The notes beneath the pieces are model-generated. The model saw only the letters and a program-made list of their open reading frames with translations. It had not been told where the DNA came from and did not search any database. 64,000 nt of DNA from a virus. Its lineage: Duplodnaviria; Caudoviricetes. Of the stretch, positions 48,326 through 60,600 are shown piece by piece. The translations under genes were made by a program, and so were the position numbers. Position 1 is the stretch's first letter; the number at the start of each line of letters is the position of its first letter. Location of the stretch: the IMG/VR virus record IMGVR_UViG_3300029305_005280; one strand, 5' to 3'.

Positions 48326-49159
48326 ATGACTAAAGATTCACTTGGTGACCGTATGAAGCATAACTACGAAAATCGTAGTAAAACATATCTAACGAGAAGA
48401 ATGCCTGTTATTATTAGATTAGATGGAAAAGCATTTCATTCATTCACTCGAGGATTTGAAAGACCTTATGATACTGTATTTCATACTGCAATGAACAATA
48501 CTTTGCAGTATCTATGCGAGAATATTCAAGGGTGTCGATTAGGTTATACACAGTCCGACGAAATAACATTATTATTAACTGATTATGAAAAATTAACAAC
48601 AGACGCTTGGTTTGATTATGCGGTACAAAAGATGTGCTCTGTCGCTGCATCTATGGCTACAATGGCCTTTAATAGATATTTTATGGATGCAGTAAATGTT
48701 GCTTACAATGAATTTACAAATGGTACTACTGATATTCAATCGTTCTACCCTAATATTAAGGATTTTGACAGATTGTTTGATACACGTTTTAGTAGAATCA
48801 ATACCGCTTGTTTTGATGAACGATGCTTTAATGTTCCTAAAGAGGAAGTTGCAAATTGTTTTATCTGGAGACAGCAAGATGCAACAAGAAATGCAATTCA
48901 AATGCTTGGGCAAACACATTTTTCTGATAAACAACTTGATGGTAAATCAAATAGCGAAGTTCAGGATATGTTAATGTTAGAAAAAGGTATCAATTTCAAC
49001 GATATGGCAACAGAATTCAAACGTGGTGTGTGCTGTTGTAAAATAGCAAATCCTGAGGAATCAACAACTATCGGTGTTCTGATTAGACCTCAATGGGTAA
49101 TTGATACTGAAATTCCTATCTTTACTCAAGATAGAAACTATATTGAGAGGTTTGTTTAA
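48326..49159 (+). CDS. thg1: tRNA-His guanylyltransferase-like (Thg1/TLP) 3'-5' polymerase
   Basis: IIRLDGKAFH.FT, YTQSDEI, FD.R.F..P, WRQQDA.RN. Confidence 0.94.
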   Translation: MTKDSLGDRMKHNYENRSKTYLTRRMPVIIRLDGKAFHSFTRGFERPYDTVFHTAMNNTLQYLCENIQGCRLGYTQSDEITLLLTDYEKLTTDAWFDYAVQKMCSVAASMATMAFNRYFMDAVNVAYNEFTNGTTDIQSFYPNIKDFDRLFDTRFSRINTACFDERCFNVPKEEVANCFIWRQQDATRNAIQMLGQTHFSDKQLDGKSNSEVQDMLMLEKGINFNDMATEFKRGVCCCKIANPEESTTIGVLIRPQWVIDTEIPIFTQDRNYIERFV

Positions 49160-49954
49160 TTGAAATTATTTGTAGTTAGCGATATACATTCTTTCTATAC
49201 ACCATTGAAAGAATCACTTGATAAAGCAGGGTTTGACCCCACCAATGAAAATCATTGGTTAATCAGCTGTGGAGACGCATTTGATAGGGGTCCACAAAGT
49301 AAAGAAGTTCTTGAATTTTTAATGAGTCTTGAGAGAAAGGTTCTTGTCAAAGGTAATCATGATATATTACTTAAAGAACTTTGTATGCGTGAATTTCCTT
49401 ACTCACATGATAAATCAAATGGTACTGTCAAAACTGTGATTAGTTTTGGTCACTTTGATGGACGTAATTTTGATGAATGCTGCCGAACAACCTGGAATAA
49501 AACTGCAAGATACAGAGAGTTATTAGTAAATTATTTTGAAACTCAAAATTATATCTTTGTTCATAGCTGGATACCCACTAATGTTAAATATGAAGGAGAA
49601 ATGAAACCTTGGTATCAACAAGGCAAGACTCTTACTTGGATGGAAGATTGGCGTAATGCTAATGACGTCGAATGGGAAGAGGCTATGTGGGGTAACCCCT
49701 TCAAGAGATGGCAAGAAGGTCTTAATAAAACAGGTAAAATAATAGTGTTTGGGCACTGGCACTGTTCTGCGGGGCACGCTATGCTGCACGAAGTAAAGGT
49801 ATCAGAAAATGAATCAGTAGGTACAATATCTGAATTTGAAGATGATGCCGTCTGGGACCCTTTTATTCATGATAATATTATTGGTATTGACCGATGCACA
49901 GCACACACTGGTGAAGTAAATGTGTTAGTACTGGAGGACGATTTTCTTGAGTGA
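49160..49954 (+). CDS. Metallophosphoesterase (Ser/Thr phosphatase-like)
   Basis: SDIHS, GDAFDRG, GNHD, FVHS, GHWH, ID. Confidence 0.9.
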   Translation: MKLFVVSDIHSFYTPLKESLDKAGFDPTNENHWLISCGDAFDRGPQSKEVLEFLMSLERKVLVKGNHDILLKELCMREFPYSHDKSNGTVKTVISFGHFDGRNFDECCRTTWNKTARYRELLVNYFETQNYIFVHSWIPTNVKYEGEMKPWYQQGKTLTWMEDWRNANDVEWEEAMWGNPFKRWQEGLNKTGKIIVFGHWHCSAGHAMLHEVKVSENESVGTISEFEDDAVWDPFIHDNIIGIDRCTAHTGEVNVLVLEDDFLE

Positions 49955-50997
49955 AAGTTTAAAACAAGATATATTAAATGCAGCAAGAGATGGCTACCAA
50001 CCAATAAATGACCCTTCAAAACAAACGGTGGATTGGTCCAAGCTTCCGACAACAGGAAGTAATGTCACCAAATTACCAAAGACATCAAGTGTTGAGGCAT
50101 ACATTCAATGTTTAGAGAATGAATTAATCAAACAGATTGCACTCAAGCAGAATGCTGAAAGTCATGCATCAACAATGGAAGCTATTGCAAACAAGTACTA
50201 TGAATTCTATTTGAAGGAGGTACATCGAAATGCGAAAGTTACATATTGGAAGAAAGCAATTTGTAAGCATTCTAGAATCAATTCAAAAAGGAATAGAAAA
50301 AAGAGACAAATTCAACAATGCAATGGAAGAAATTTCCGATAGCTACTTTATATGTGAACTTGGCAATGAGTGGCTAAATGCTTCAATAATTTTACTTGAG
50401 AAAGCAGTAAAAGATAAAGCTGAAACAATTAGTTGGTGGTTATGGGAAGATGTTGAAAAAGTTATATACATACCTCCAGAGCATCCAGATAATCCTTTTG
50501 GCAAAGAACTCAAAGTAAAAGTTGACACTCCTGATAGATTATATAGTTATTTTCAACGATATACTTAGATATAAAAGAAGTCAAAATAAATTAGTTGACT
50601 TCTTTTTATTTTTACCATATAATATAGTAAAGAAGGGAAGGTTGTTTATATGAATATAAGAAAATTTTTTAAAGTTATTGTATGGGTTGTTACAATTTTG
50701 CTGCTTCTGTATATTATAGCAGTGTCAGAAATTGATACACTTATCGGAATTGTCGGAGGAGTTTTGATTGCAATAATTGTTCCTCCAATCATTATGGGTA
50801 AGTTTGAAGTTGTTTCAAAACCCAGTAGAGAAAAGAAAGAAACTAAAAAGCAAAAGACAGTTGTAACGCATCCTACAAGTTGGTGGGTTGATAAAACTTA
50901 TGTTCCCGGTGTGGGATACAGGGACGATGAAGGTAATTATTATGATTACAATGGTATACCAAAACCGTCAACCGTTATTACGAGGGAGAAAAAGTAA
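49947..50997 (+). other. Hypothetical genes 49947-50342, 50230-50568, 50650-50997 (last has 2 TMs)
   Basis: Packed + strand ORFs. Confidence 0.55.
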
Positions 50998-51149
50998 TGG
51001 ATAAAAGAGTATTCAAAAAGACACCTGAAGAATTACAACTGTATCTACACTTTAAAAAACGTGGCTTTAAGATTGAAAATAAAAAAGGCAAGGGTTCCTA
51101 TAAAAGGAACCCTAAACATAAGGGTGATAAGAATGGACAAGAAGAGTAG
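50997..51149 (+). CDS. ArfA-like alternative ribosome-rescue peptide (50 aa, not in ORF track)
   Basis: MDKRVFKKTPEELQLYLHFKKRGFKIENKKGKGSYKRNPKHKGDKNGQEE; KKGKGSY.R..KH signature; TAATG coupling and GGAG RBS. Confidence 0.75.
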   Translation: MDKRVFKKTPEELQLYLHFKKRGFKIENKKGKGSYKRNPKHKGDKNGQEE

Positions 51150-51933
51150 AATAATGGAAAGACTACATCATGATATGATGTATGTTACTAATAAAGGTTA
51201 CAAAGTACTTGGTGTATTTCTACAAGGTAGTCAAAATTACAATCTTGACTATCCGGGTTCTGATATTGATACAAAGTGTATTGTTATTCCTTCATTTGAA
51301 GATATTGTTTTAAACAAACAACCTGCAAGTACTACTCTTATACTTGAGGATAATTCACATATTGATGTTAAAGATGTACGTCTTATGTGGCAGTGCTTCA
51401 AGAAACAAAACATTAACTTTCTTGAGATTCTATTTACAAAATATTATATAGTAAGTAGTAGATATGAATTGTTCTGGAATGATATGAGAGAAATCGCAGA
51501 ACGTATTGCACACTATAATAACTATGCTGCAGTTAACTGCATTGCGGGTATGGTTATGGAAAAGAATGCAGCGTTGTGTCACCCATATCCAACATTGAAG
51601 GACAAGATTGATAAGTATGGCTATGATAACAAGCAACTACATCATATTATTCGATGTGAAGAATTCTTACAGCGATATATTGATGGTGTTCCGTATAAAA
51701 AATGTTTAATTCCTTTGTTTCCTGAATACTTAATCAATGTTAAATCAACATATATGTATTCACTTGAAGAAGCAAAAGAAATAGCAAGAAAAGCTGTTGA
51801 AAATGTTAAAGAAATAAAACAGAAATATATGGACACACATCCTGTAAGCATTGATGACGGCGTTGAAACTACAATGACTGAAATACTTGTTGACATAATG
51901 AAAAGGTCTATTGCAGAGGACATCAAAGATTAG
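51133..51933 (+). CDS. Pol-beta-type nucleotidyltransferase
   Basis: LQGSQNYNL....SDIDTK, D.KD.R, N.NFLEILF, K.L.H..R. Confidence 0.85.
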   Translation: MDKKSRIMERLHHDMMYVTNKGYKVLGVFLQGSQNYNLDYPGSDIDTKCIVIPSFEDIVLNKQPASTTLILEDNSHIDVKDVRLMWQCFKKQNINFLEILFTKYYIVSSRYELFWNDMREIAERIAHYNNYAAVNCIAGMVMEKNAALCHPYPTLKDKIDKYGYDNKQLHHIIRCEEFLQRYIDGVPYKKCLIPLFPEYLINVKSTYMYSLEEAKEIARKAVENVKEIKQKYMDTHPVSIDDGVETTMTEILVDIMKRSIAEDIKD

Positions 51934-51995
51934 TTGTATTTTTAACTAAAGTATATTATAATAAAGTAAAGAAAACTTAATAAAGAGGTGAACTC

Positions 51996-52964
51996 GTGGA
52001 AACCTTTGTACCCACAAATTTAAAAATTCCCGAGTTTGTTATGCTTGTAGGTTTGCCAGGAAGTGGTAAATCATATCTAGCTGATATTCTTTTTGCTAAG
52101 AAATACAGCATACATAGCAGTGATGAAATAAGAAAAGAGTTATCAGGTGACATCAATAATCAAAATATAAATTCACAAGTATTTCAAACTTTACATAGAA
52201 GAATAAAAGATGATTTAAAAAATGGTATTAGTTGTGTTTATGATGCAACTAATATTAACTATAAAAAACGAATGTCATTTCTGCAAGAATTAAACAAGAT
52301 TCAATGCTTTAAGAGATGTATTATTATTGCAACCCCATATGAAGTTTGTTTAATGCAAAATGAGCAACGGGAACGTAAGGTTCCTGAGCAAGTTATTGAA
52401 CGCATGTATCGTAATTTTGATGTTCCTTATTATTTTGAGGGCTGGGACAATATTGAATTATTCTATGCAAAGGATTCATACAAAGAGGCTTATGGTGACT
52501 GGTCTTACTTTGTATTTGATACCCTTACATATAATCAGGATAACAAATATCATATCGAAACACTTGGAGAACATTGTCGTAAGTGTAAAGAATATGTAGA
52601 AAATTACAATAATAAAACAACTCTTAAAGGAACGCATATTGCTCACGCTCAAAGAGTCGCTGCTGCATTACATGATTGTGGTAAGCCTTTTTGCAAAACA
52701 TTCGAAGATACAAAAGGTAATATCACTGAAAGTGCACATTATTACAATCATGAAAAAGTAGGTAGTTATAACTCTTTATTTTATGAAACTGAAACTCAGT
52801 TAACACCGATTAGATTGTATATTGCAGCATTGATACGATGGCACATGCAAATGCATTTTATTGATAATCAACCACACGCAAAAGGAAAGTATATAAAGTT
52901 ATTTGGTGAAGAATTCTACAAAGAGCTGGAGGTATTACATAATGGAGACAAACAAGCACATTAA
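51996..52964 (+). CDS. Polynucleotide kinase (AAA_33) fused to HD phosphohydrolase
   Basis: GLPGSGKS, SSD.IR, DATN, R.R.VP; H...L.EH, LHDCGKP, HYY.HE..G, WHM. Confidence 0.88.
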   Translation: METFVPTNLKIPEFVMLVGLPGSGKSYLADILFAKKYSIHSSDEIRKELSGDINNQNINSQVFQTLHRRIKDDLKNGISCVYDATNINYKKRMSFLQELNKIQCFKRCIIIATPYEVCLMQNEQRERKVPEQVIERMYRNFDVPYYFEGWDNIELFYAKDSYKEAYGDWSYFVFDTLTYNQDNKYHIETLGEHCRKCKEYVENYNNKTTLKGTHIAHAQRVAAALHDCGKPFCKTFEDTKGNITESAHYYNHEKVGSYNSLFYETETQLTPIRLYIAALIRWHMQMHFIDNQPHAKGKYIKLFGEEFYKELEVLHNGDKQAH

Positions 52965-53794
52965 CATTGATGACGCATTTGACTACAAACAGTATTTACA
53001 ATCAGCAAGAGACAAGATGCTTTCTGAAGCTTATGAGCAAGACGATGACTACTTACCAGATGACGATGTATGCGATGTTATTGAATTGTTTAGGGAGTAT
53101 ATGGATTGATGATACATATTTGTGATGAAGCACAAAATCATAATGTAATGGTTGTAAAAGAGAATGGTAAATTTAATGTTTACTCAAAATATTACAATCT
53201 TTATGATAAACCTAAGATAACAGACCCCGATTGGTATCTGTCCTTGAGGATAAAAGATATCAAGGTTTGTCCTTATTGTGGTGTAAAATTAAGTTAGTTG
53301 AATAATCTCCTTCCTTATATTATAATGTTATTGTAATAAGGAAGGAGATATTTTTATGATTATTCCTAAAAAGCACAAAAGGTGGCTAACTTTTAAGTGG
53401 AATGAAAGTACATATATTATAACTTCTCCTGAAAACGATAGAAGTATATATACTTTGTTTAAGCAGATTAGTAACACAGAATATGTACAGCTTGCTACAG
53501 GAAATAATTGCAAGAGGCTTGAAGACAAAGTGTATGAAGGAAAGTATAAGTGAGGTAGAGAGATGTTTATTAGAACATATAACAATAGGTTAATAAATGT
53601 TGACAATATTATCAAAGCAGAATTGTGTACAAGCAATAGAATGCTGAGTGAAAACGCACTTGTTGTTTGTACTACACTTGATAATTATGAAGTATTTCAG
53701 GGCACCAGGTATGATTGTGAAAATGCAATGACAACATTGTGTGAAGCTATTGCGAAAGGTGCTTCTCTAATCTCATATTACAAGGATGATATTG

Positions 53795-54190
53795 ATGAAA
53801 ATATGGGTTGATGATGTAAGAATTCCACCTTCGGGGTATGTTTGGTGTAAAAGTGTTGCGGAAGTCATTAAACTCATAGAGAATATAGATAATTTCAGTG
53901 ATGAGGTTATGGGTTGCGTACTTTCAGTTCCTGGGTTCTTTAATGTGCGAGAAGCAGATGGCTATATGCATAACTGGGTTTATTCGTCCTTAAATCCTCC
54001 CAAAATTGAACTCATTGATATAGACCATGATGCAGGTGAATATTCTCAGTATGGTGGGGATTATATAAAAATTCTAGACTGGCTTGAAGAGACCGGTCGT
54101 AATTATCCCATTCATATTCATTCAATGAACCCCGTAGGTGTTGAAAATATGAGAAGAATTATACAAAGAAATGGTTGGAAAGAACTATGA
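53795..54190 (+). CDS. Cyclic-phosphate-processing receiver-domain protein
   Basis: IWVDDVR.PP, IDIDHDAG, GGDY..IL.WLE, IHSMNPVG..NM. Confidence 0.8.
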   Translation: MKIWVDDVRIPPSGYVWCKSVAEVIKLIENIDNFSDEVMGCVLSVPGFFNVREADGYMHNWVYSSLNPPKIELIDIDHDAGEYSQYGGDYIKILDWLEETGRNYPIHIHSMNPVGVENMRRIIQRNGWKEL

Positions 54191-55174
54191 CACAAGAACA
54201 TAATCCGTATGAACACTGGGTTTCATGTTTAGAATGTATTTACATTGACGATTGTGAGATAAAAGAAGACCGTGATGGTTGTTTAGCAGGTGAAAGATAT
54301 GATGAGAAAACAAGTAATGGCAGATAAACAAGTAGTTGAGGATTTTCTTGCATTACTTAATTGTAAAGAAGGTTTAATTTCTACTTTAACTGGTCATGTT
54401 ATTACTTATAAAGAACTTCGGACATCAATCATAAATTGTCTTAATCAAGCAAGGGAAGATGGATACAATAAAGGCAGTATGGAAGCAAATATAAATGCAT
54501 CATATTATATAACTATGGGTAGAACATAAGGACCGGTGATATTGATGAGAATTCTTGAATATGGTTGGGTATGCCCTAAGCAAGTGAAATGTAATCATTG
54601 TGGGTCAATATTAGAGTATGTGCCCAAAGATTTAAAACTGTATAACGCTGGATATTATCTACTATGTCCCGTCTGTGATAAAAGGATTTATACAGATAAC
54701 TATCATAATAAACTTGTTAAAGAGAAATGTGGTTATATAAGTGACTGAAAAAGACACAGTAAAAGATTTTGTTGATTTTCTTAAAAAACACCCTGACAGT
54801 ATTATTTGTACGGGAGAGAATACATACACATACAAAACATTAAGAGATTCAATTGTTAGAACTTTATCAATGGCTTATGGTGATGGTGAAGTAAAAGGGT
54901 TCACCACTGCAAGGAGTATAGAACTTTTTGATAAAACATTGATTTCAAATAAAGAGGACTGGTAATCTACATGAAGCATTTTATGAGTAATCCTTGTGGT
55001 TATCCACACTGTATGGAATGGGAGTGCGAATATTGTAATCATTTCAAACCCTATTTCTTTAAGATTAGAGTGCCAAGATGGTTGGGCAGAATTCTATATG
55101 AAATTGAAGAGTACCTCTGGTTCAAAGATTACCGAAAGAAGCATCCTGATGCAGAAAGTAAGAGTGATTTTTAG

Positions 55175-55459
55175 ATGATTGTATGCGCAGCAATTAAAAT
55201 ACAAATGAAAAATTTAGACGAACCCACAATTATACCTTGTCGTAGACACGGTGATGGTTTTAAAATAATTAAAGATTTAGTTCAAGATAGAGAGGCATAT
55301 ACAGAAATTGCTCAAGGTTTTATTACCGATGAGGGTGAGTTCTTAAATAGAAGGCAAGCTTTTATTTACGCTTGTCAGTGTGGACAATTAAGTCAAACTA
55401 CCAAATGGTATAAACAAGACTATAATCAAGATGAACTATACTCGGAGGATTTATACTAG
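55175..55459 (+). CDS. Conserved phage protein
   Basis: IVCAA...RH...QGFIT..G.F..R..A...A...GQ...LYSEDLY. Confidence 0.7.
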   Translation: MIVCAAIKIQMKNLDEPTIIPCRRHGDGFKIIKDLVQDREAYTEIAQGFITDEGEFLNRRQAFIYACQCGQLSQTTKWYKQDYNQDELYSEDLY

Positions 55460-56156
55460 GATGTTGTATAATGCAGAAGCACTTTCAGAAAGATTAGCTC
55501 AACACGCAAAAGACTACAAGCAAGGTAAGACACAAGACTTTGAACAAGTATTCAAAGATTGTGAAGTAGCTTCTAATATGATTAAGGCATTGAAAAGAAG
55601 TAAGCATACAAAGAAAAGAGAGACTCAAAGGTTAAGAAGAAAGAATGAAGCACTGCGAGAAAGAATTAATCAGCTAGAATCAATTGAGAATCTTTACCTC
55701 AGAGGAGAAACTGTATAAAAATGAAATTTAAAAAACATATTTTTATCTTCCGTCATTGTAGTTCCATAACTGTAAAAAATGGATTTACATATCATAATGA
55801 AGGTAACTGGCATTGTATCTACACTGATGAGGATACAATAAAGCAAGAATGTTTGAGTAAATCAAAAGAGTATAAAAACTTTATGGATGTTTATAATGAT
55901 GTATCTGAGTTTTACTGTTTTTATGCAGGAAAAAGATTTATTGATGGCAAGTTAAGACTCGAAGAGTCCGATGGTTGGGGACAAACTTACAAGATATATC
56001 CCGACGATTTCAAGTCAGCAACGAATACATTTGAGTACAGGCATTCAGACATGAGTATATTATCTGCTGCTAAAAATTTATCAGCAGATGAGTTCATTGA
56101 ATATTGTGTTGATAGAGGATTAAAGATTAGTCCCATCAATATTCAGGAGTTAGATA

Positions 56157-56366
56157 ATGGAAAATAAATTTGGTTATTGTCCTTACTGTAATGCAGCACT
56201 TGAAGCTATCTGGTTTAAAGAGTATGAATATAAAAGAGCCTATGTTGATGGTTACTCTTCCATTTATAAAACAGGCTGATTTCGTTTAAATGTAAACTAC
56301 TTGTATTGTCCTGACTGTGAATATCAAACAACAGTTGATGATACATTTGCATTGGAGTGGAGATAG
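56157..56366 (+). pseudogene. Zn-ribbon gene with in-frame TGA at 56277
   Basis: CPYC ...KTG*FR... CPDC in one frame. Confidence 0.6.
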
Positions 56367-57604
56367 TGTTAACGCCATCTAATTTGAAAGTAATAAAATT
56401 TACATCTTACTGTTGCACGTCTGATGGTATACCTGTTGAGAGCACGGGAAAAGATGTATGCGTATTATTTAATAAAACACAGATTGATGAAAAAGAAGTT
56501 AGTAAATTGATTGATAACGGTATGTACGAATACGACGATAGAGTTGTAATACTTAATTCAAATCAACTCAAGTATATGGGAGACAAGAAATAAGATATGA
56601 GTAGTATATGTGGTGACTGTCACTTTTTGAACCTAACTGAAGAAAGACAGAACGAACTATATAATCTAACAGGAATGAAAAGTCATCATTTCTGTATGAA
56701 ATATAAGAAAATTTTAATACACTGGCCCAATAAAGAGCCGGACATAACTAGATGTGAGAAGTGTATTGCTTGTGACAATAAAGGAAATCAATCATAAACC
56801 TGAGCTCAGCATCAAGAACGCAACAGTGTCATTGTCATATGATGAAGTTCGTGATATTGCAAATGCTTTTGTATATCTTTTACATCAGGGTGAAAAAGAT
56901 TTCAAACCCTCGGAAAGCGAACTTGAATGTTTTAGAAAAAGAAAACAAGATTTCAATATTCTGTTTGATATTGTTAAGCATGGTCTTGTTACCCAGTTCA
57001 CTATCGACCGATACGCAACACCACAGGAATCAACTTGTCCTGCAGATTGTAAAGGAGTAACATACAATGACTGATTTATATTTTGGAATAAAACTTGTAA
57101 TAGGTGCAATTGTTACTGGATTCTTTGTTATTTGCTTGTTAGTTATCTTGTTTCAAGCATTTAAAGAGCAGATTCGACACAATAGAATTGATAAATACAT
57201 GACTTCAATTGGATTTAAAAGAGGACTTATTAGGACAGCCGCTTTTGGTGATAATCACACTTATGGATACAGAAAAGAGTATGACAATAGACACAGCGAG
57301 ATAATCGAAGATAACGAACTTAGAAATATGTCATTAAGAGAAATAAAGAAAAGGTGGAAGTAATATGAGACAAAAGAAATGCCCTGCTTGGAAAACATGT
57401 CGTAATGGGGCTGACGGTTGCTGGGAATTAGACCCTAAACTTTGTGTAAGATTTCTACCACTGGAAGGAACGCATGTTACAGAGATAAGCGGGTGTGTTG
57501 AAACACCACCTAATGTTGATTCATATGCATTTGCTCAATATTTTAGTAACTGGATTGAATCAATGGGATGGTCACATTGTTGTATGACAAGACCTTACAA
57601 AGAG

Positions 57605-57640
57605 GAACCTAAAGATGAGCCAAAAGATGAGCCAAAAGAT
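57605..57640 (+). repeat. 12-bp coding tandem repeat (EPKD x3)
   Basis: GAACCTAAAGAT GAGCCAAAAGAT GAGCCAAAAGAT. Confidence 0.85.
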
Positions 57641-60600
57641 ACTAAAAAACATTTTCTAAAGGGGTTGTGGAAATAATGTCAAAGCAGCAATCAATGGAAT
57701 TTATTGCAGGTTACATTTTTAATAAGATTGATAAACAACTACACGAAAATTTTTTGCACGACACTGTAGCTGAATTTGATGGTATGGCAACTATTCCTAA
57801 AGTTTGGTTCGGGCTTAAATGCAGTAAACAAGATAGTGTTGATTTAATCTATTCAGATAAAACATATTTTATTGAAAAACTTACAGCTTGTGTGGAAGAA
57901 TACTTTCCAACCGCAAGAATAAAGAAATTAACAATAGAACCCGTTAATCAGTATATAAGATTTTCATACACATTTGTAAAACATTTTGTCAAAAAGAAAA
58001 TGACTGTTAATGAAATTGAAAAAGAACTTGGCTACAAGATTGAAATAGTTGGTGATAACTAATGAATCAATATTATGTTATAAAGAATAAAGTTACTGGT
58101 TTGTACTTTAGAGGTAAAGGTGTAAATCGTTGGGGCAAGTATTTTAATCAAGCAAGTATATATCGTGTAAGAGGAATGGCAGAGCACACCATCAAAGAAG
58201 TATCTTGGCGTGGCGAAGAAGCCATAATAGTACCCATACAAATAATTGAAGGAGAATAAGTATGAAAATATATGTTGATAAGATACCGTTAAACGCTCTT
58301 GATTGTTTATTTTCTGCTAAACCTGCTCTAAGCAATGGTGTATTGTGTAACTGCCAGATAAAATATAGGCATTTTGATTCAGTTGACGGTATGTCATATT
58401 CATTTACACCCGGCCGATTTACTTGTAGTTTATGTGCTGCAGAAAAATGTCCTTACTTGGAGGAAATAAAAGATGGCAAGAATATTTAAGATAAGCGGTT
58501 ACTATATTGACCCAAATGATGATTGGTCAGAGGATGACCTTAAAATTGAATTGGAAGAACGCTTTGATTTAATTGATAAACATATTGAAGTTGAATCTGT
58601 TGATATTGGAGAATTTGAGGATGATAATCCTTTGAATAGATTTGACTCTCCCATTGAAGAATGCGAAAAATATTTTGAACAATGATTAAGAAGTCAGCAG
58701 ATAGTTGACTTCTTATTTTATATCATTTATAATAAATATAACGAAAGGAAGGTATCTATGATTGGTGAATTTGTAAAGATTAAAGTTGACCATGAAATTC
58801 ATAAGTGTGAAGTTTTATGTTTTATATCATGGGATAGCATTCTTAATGAAAACAAAACAACTTTGATGATAAGGCCTCATTTTCTTGGTTATTATAACCA
58901 TAGTTGGCCGGAATGGTTAACAAACTTATTTGAAAATGGTGTCCTTACTGTTGATATGGACGCTGAGGATAAGCCCATATTGCAGTTCATTGATGGTAAT
59001 ATTCTTTATGATGTAAATGAAAGGGACCTTATCCTCCGATATAAAACAGTGACAGGAAATGTGTCTTATCGTTATATGAGTCGTGAAGAATATGACGGTT
59101 GTCCAAAAGAAGAGTACCATGAGGTGAAATTTTAATGAATGAAGTAGCAAGAATTATCAAACAGCTTGCTGGTAAAAAGTATCCAATTAAAGTTGTAGCT
59201 GAAGATAACAAGGAATATATACTGATTGAAACTTTGTTTGCTTCGCAAGAGTGTCTTGAATATGCTTTGGAACATCATTACAATATAAAGTTTGATTGTT
59301 GCAACTGGTGTGATGCTTGCAGAGAACTTTGTAAATATCAAGAGTCGGGATTTAACATTGAGTTTAAGTATGAACAAGTTAAGTATGAAGGATTACTACT
59401 TGAGCCAAAAGTTATTGCTTACTGCACAAAGGAGTGGAATGATGCCGTTTAAAGTTCAAGAAAAAGAATTACCTAATAGAGTATTTGATGTATATGCAGT
59501 TAGAGACGATAAGACAGGCTATCCACATTTCCTTATATATAAAGTAAATGCTTGGGTATATGTTAGTGCAAAGCATTTTATTCCATACAAATCAAAGGAG
59601 ATGCTATATGGATAAACTTGACCATTTTGCACAAGATGTAAGTAATTACTTAAATTCACAATACCCTGAAAACTATTCTTTTGAATGTGTTGTGAATAAA
59701 AAGCCAGATTCTTTCAATATACCGAGAAATGAGAATGTCACGTTAATATGCAAAGTTAATGGAGAACATGTAAGAACACTCAATCCTAATGAATTAGTTA
59801 ACACATATGAACATTGGTTAAATGAATTCAATACATTATCAGGTCTCCACAGTCATTGGCAGATTGAGTTAGTAAGTGCATTGGAGGGTAAATAGATGAC
59901 TGAGCAAACATTTGAAAAAGCAAAGGAAATTCAAGCAAGAATAGATATGATTTCGGAAGCAATCAGTTGTATCAAACAATGCAAAGTTAGCGAAACTCAT
60001 TCACAATACTCTCTTGCGTCAATTGAAATACTAAAACAAGATGGATTCATTGTTGAGGATTGTAAAGTTGTTAATCACATAGTTATTGATGATGATATAC
60101 TTCATGACATTGAGTCTTTATTGTGGAAGAAATATGAAGAATCTTGCAGGGAGTTTGAAGCATTATGACAAAGTTACAAGATTTACTCAAAGAGCATCCT
60201 GAGTTAAGAAATAAGAAAGTTACTTATGCGGACTTACTTCAAATATTTAGCGATTTAGTTGATACTCTAACAAAGAGCTCAAATTCGTCTGTGGATGTAG
60301 TTAATAAGGTATTTAATGTGCTTGAAAAAACTATCGACCAACTAAGATATGAAAGACTTAGAGACCTGATGTTCATAGAAGCTATTATTGCTAAAGCAAA
60401 TCATATTGAGCAAGACTCAATTCATGCAAACTATAAAAACTTTTGTAATGAGTTTGACAAATTAAATGGAGGCAACAATACGAATGAAGATTGATATTGA
60501 CCCAGTAATAGAAGAAAAAGTAAGAACTATTGTTAAAGAATTGAATAATTATATCACCAATGGAAAATGGGAACTATTTAAGGCTGACTGTGAAGAATTG

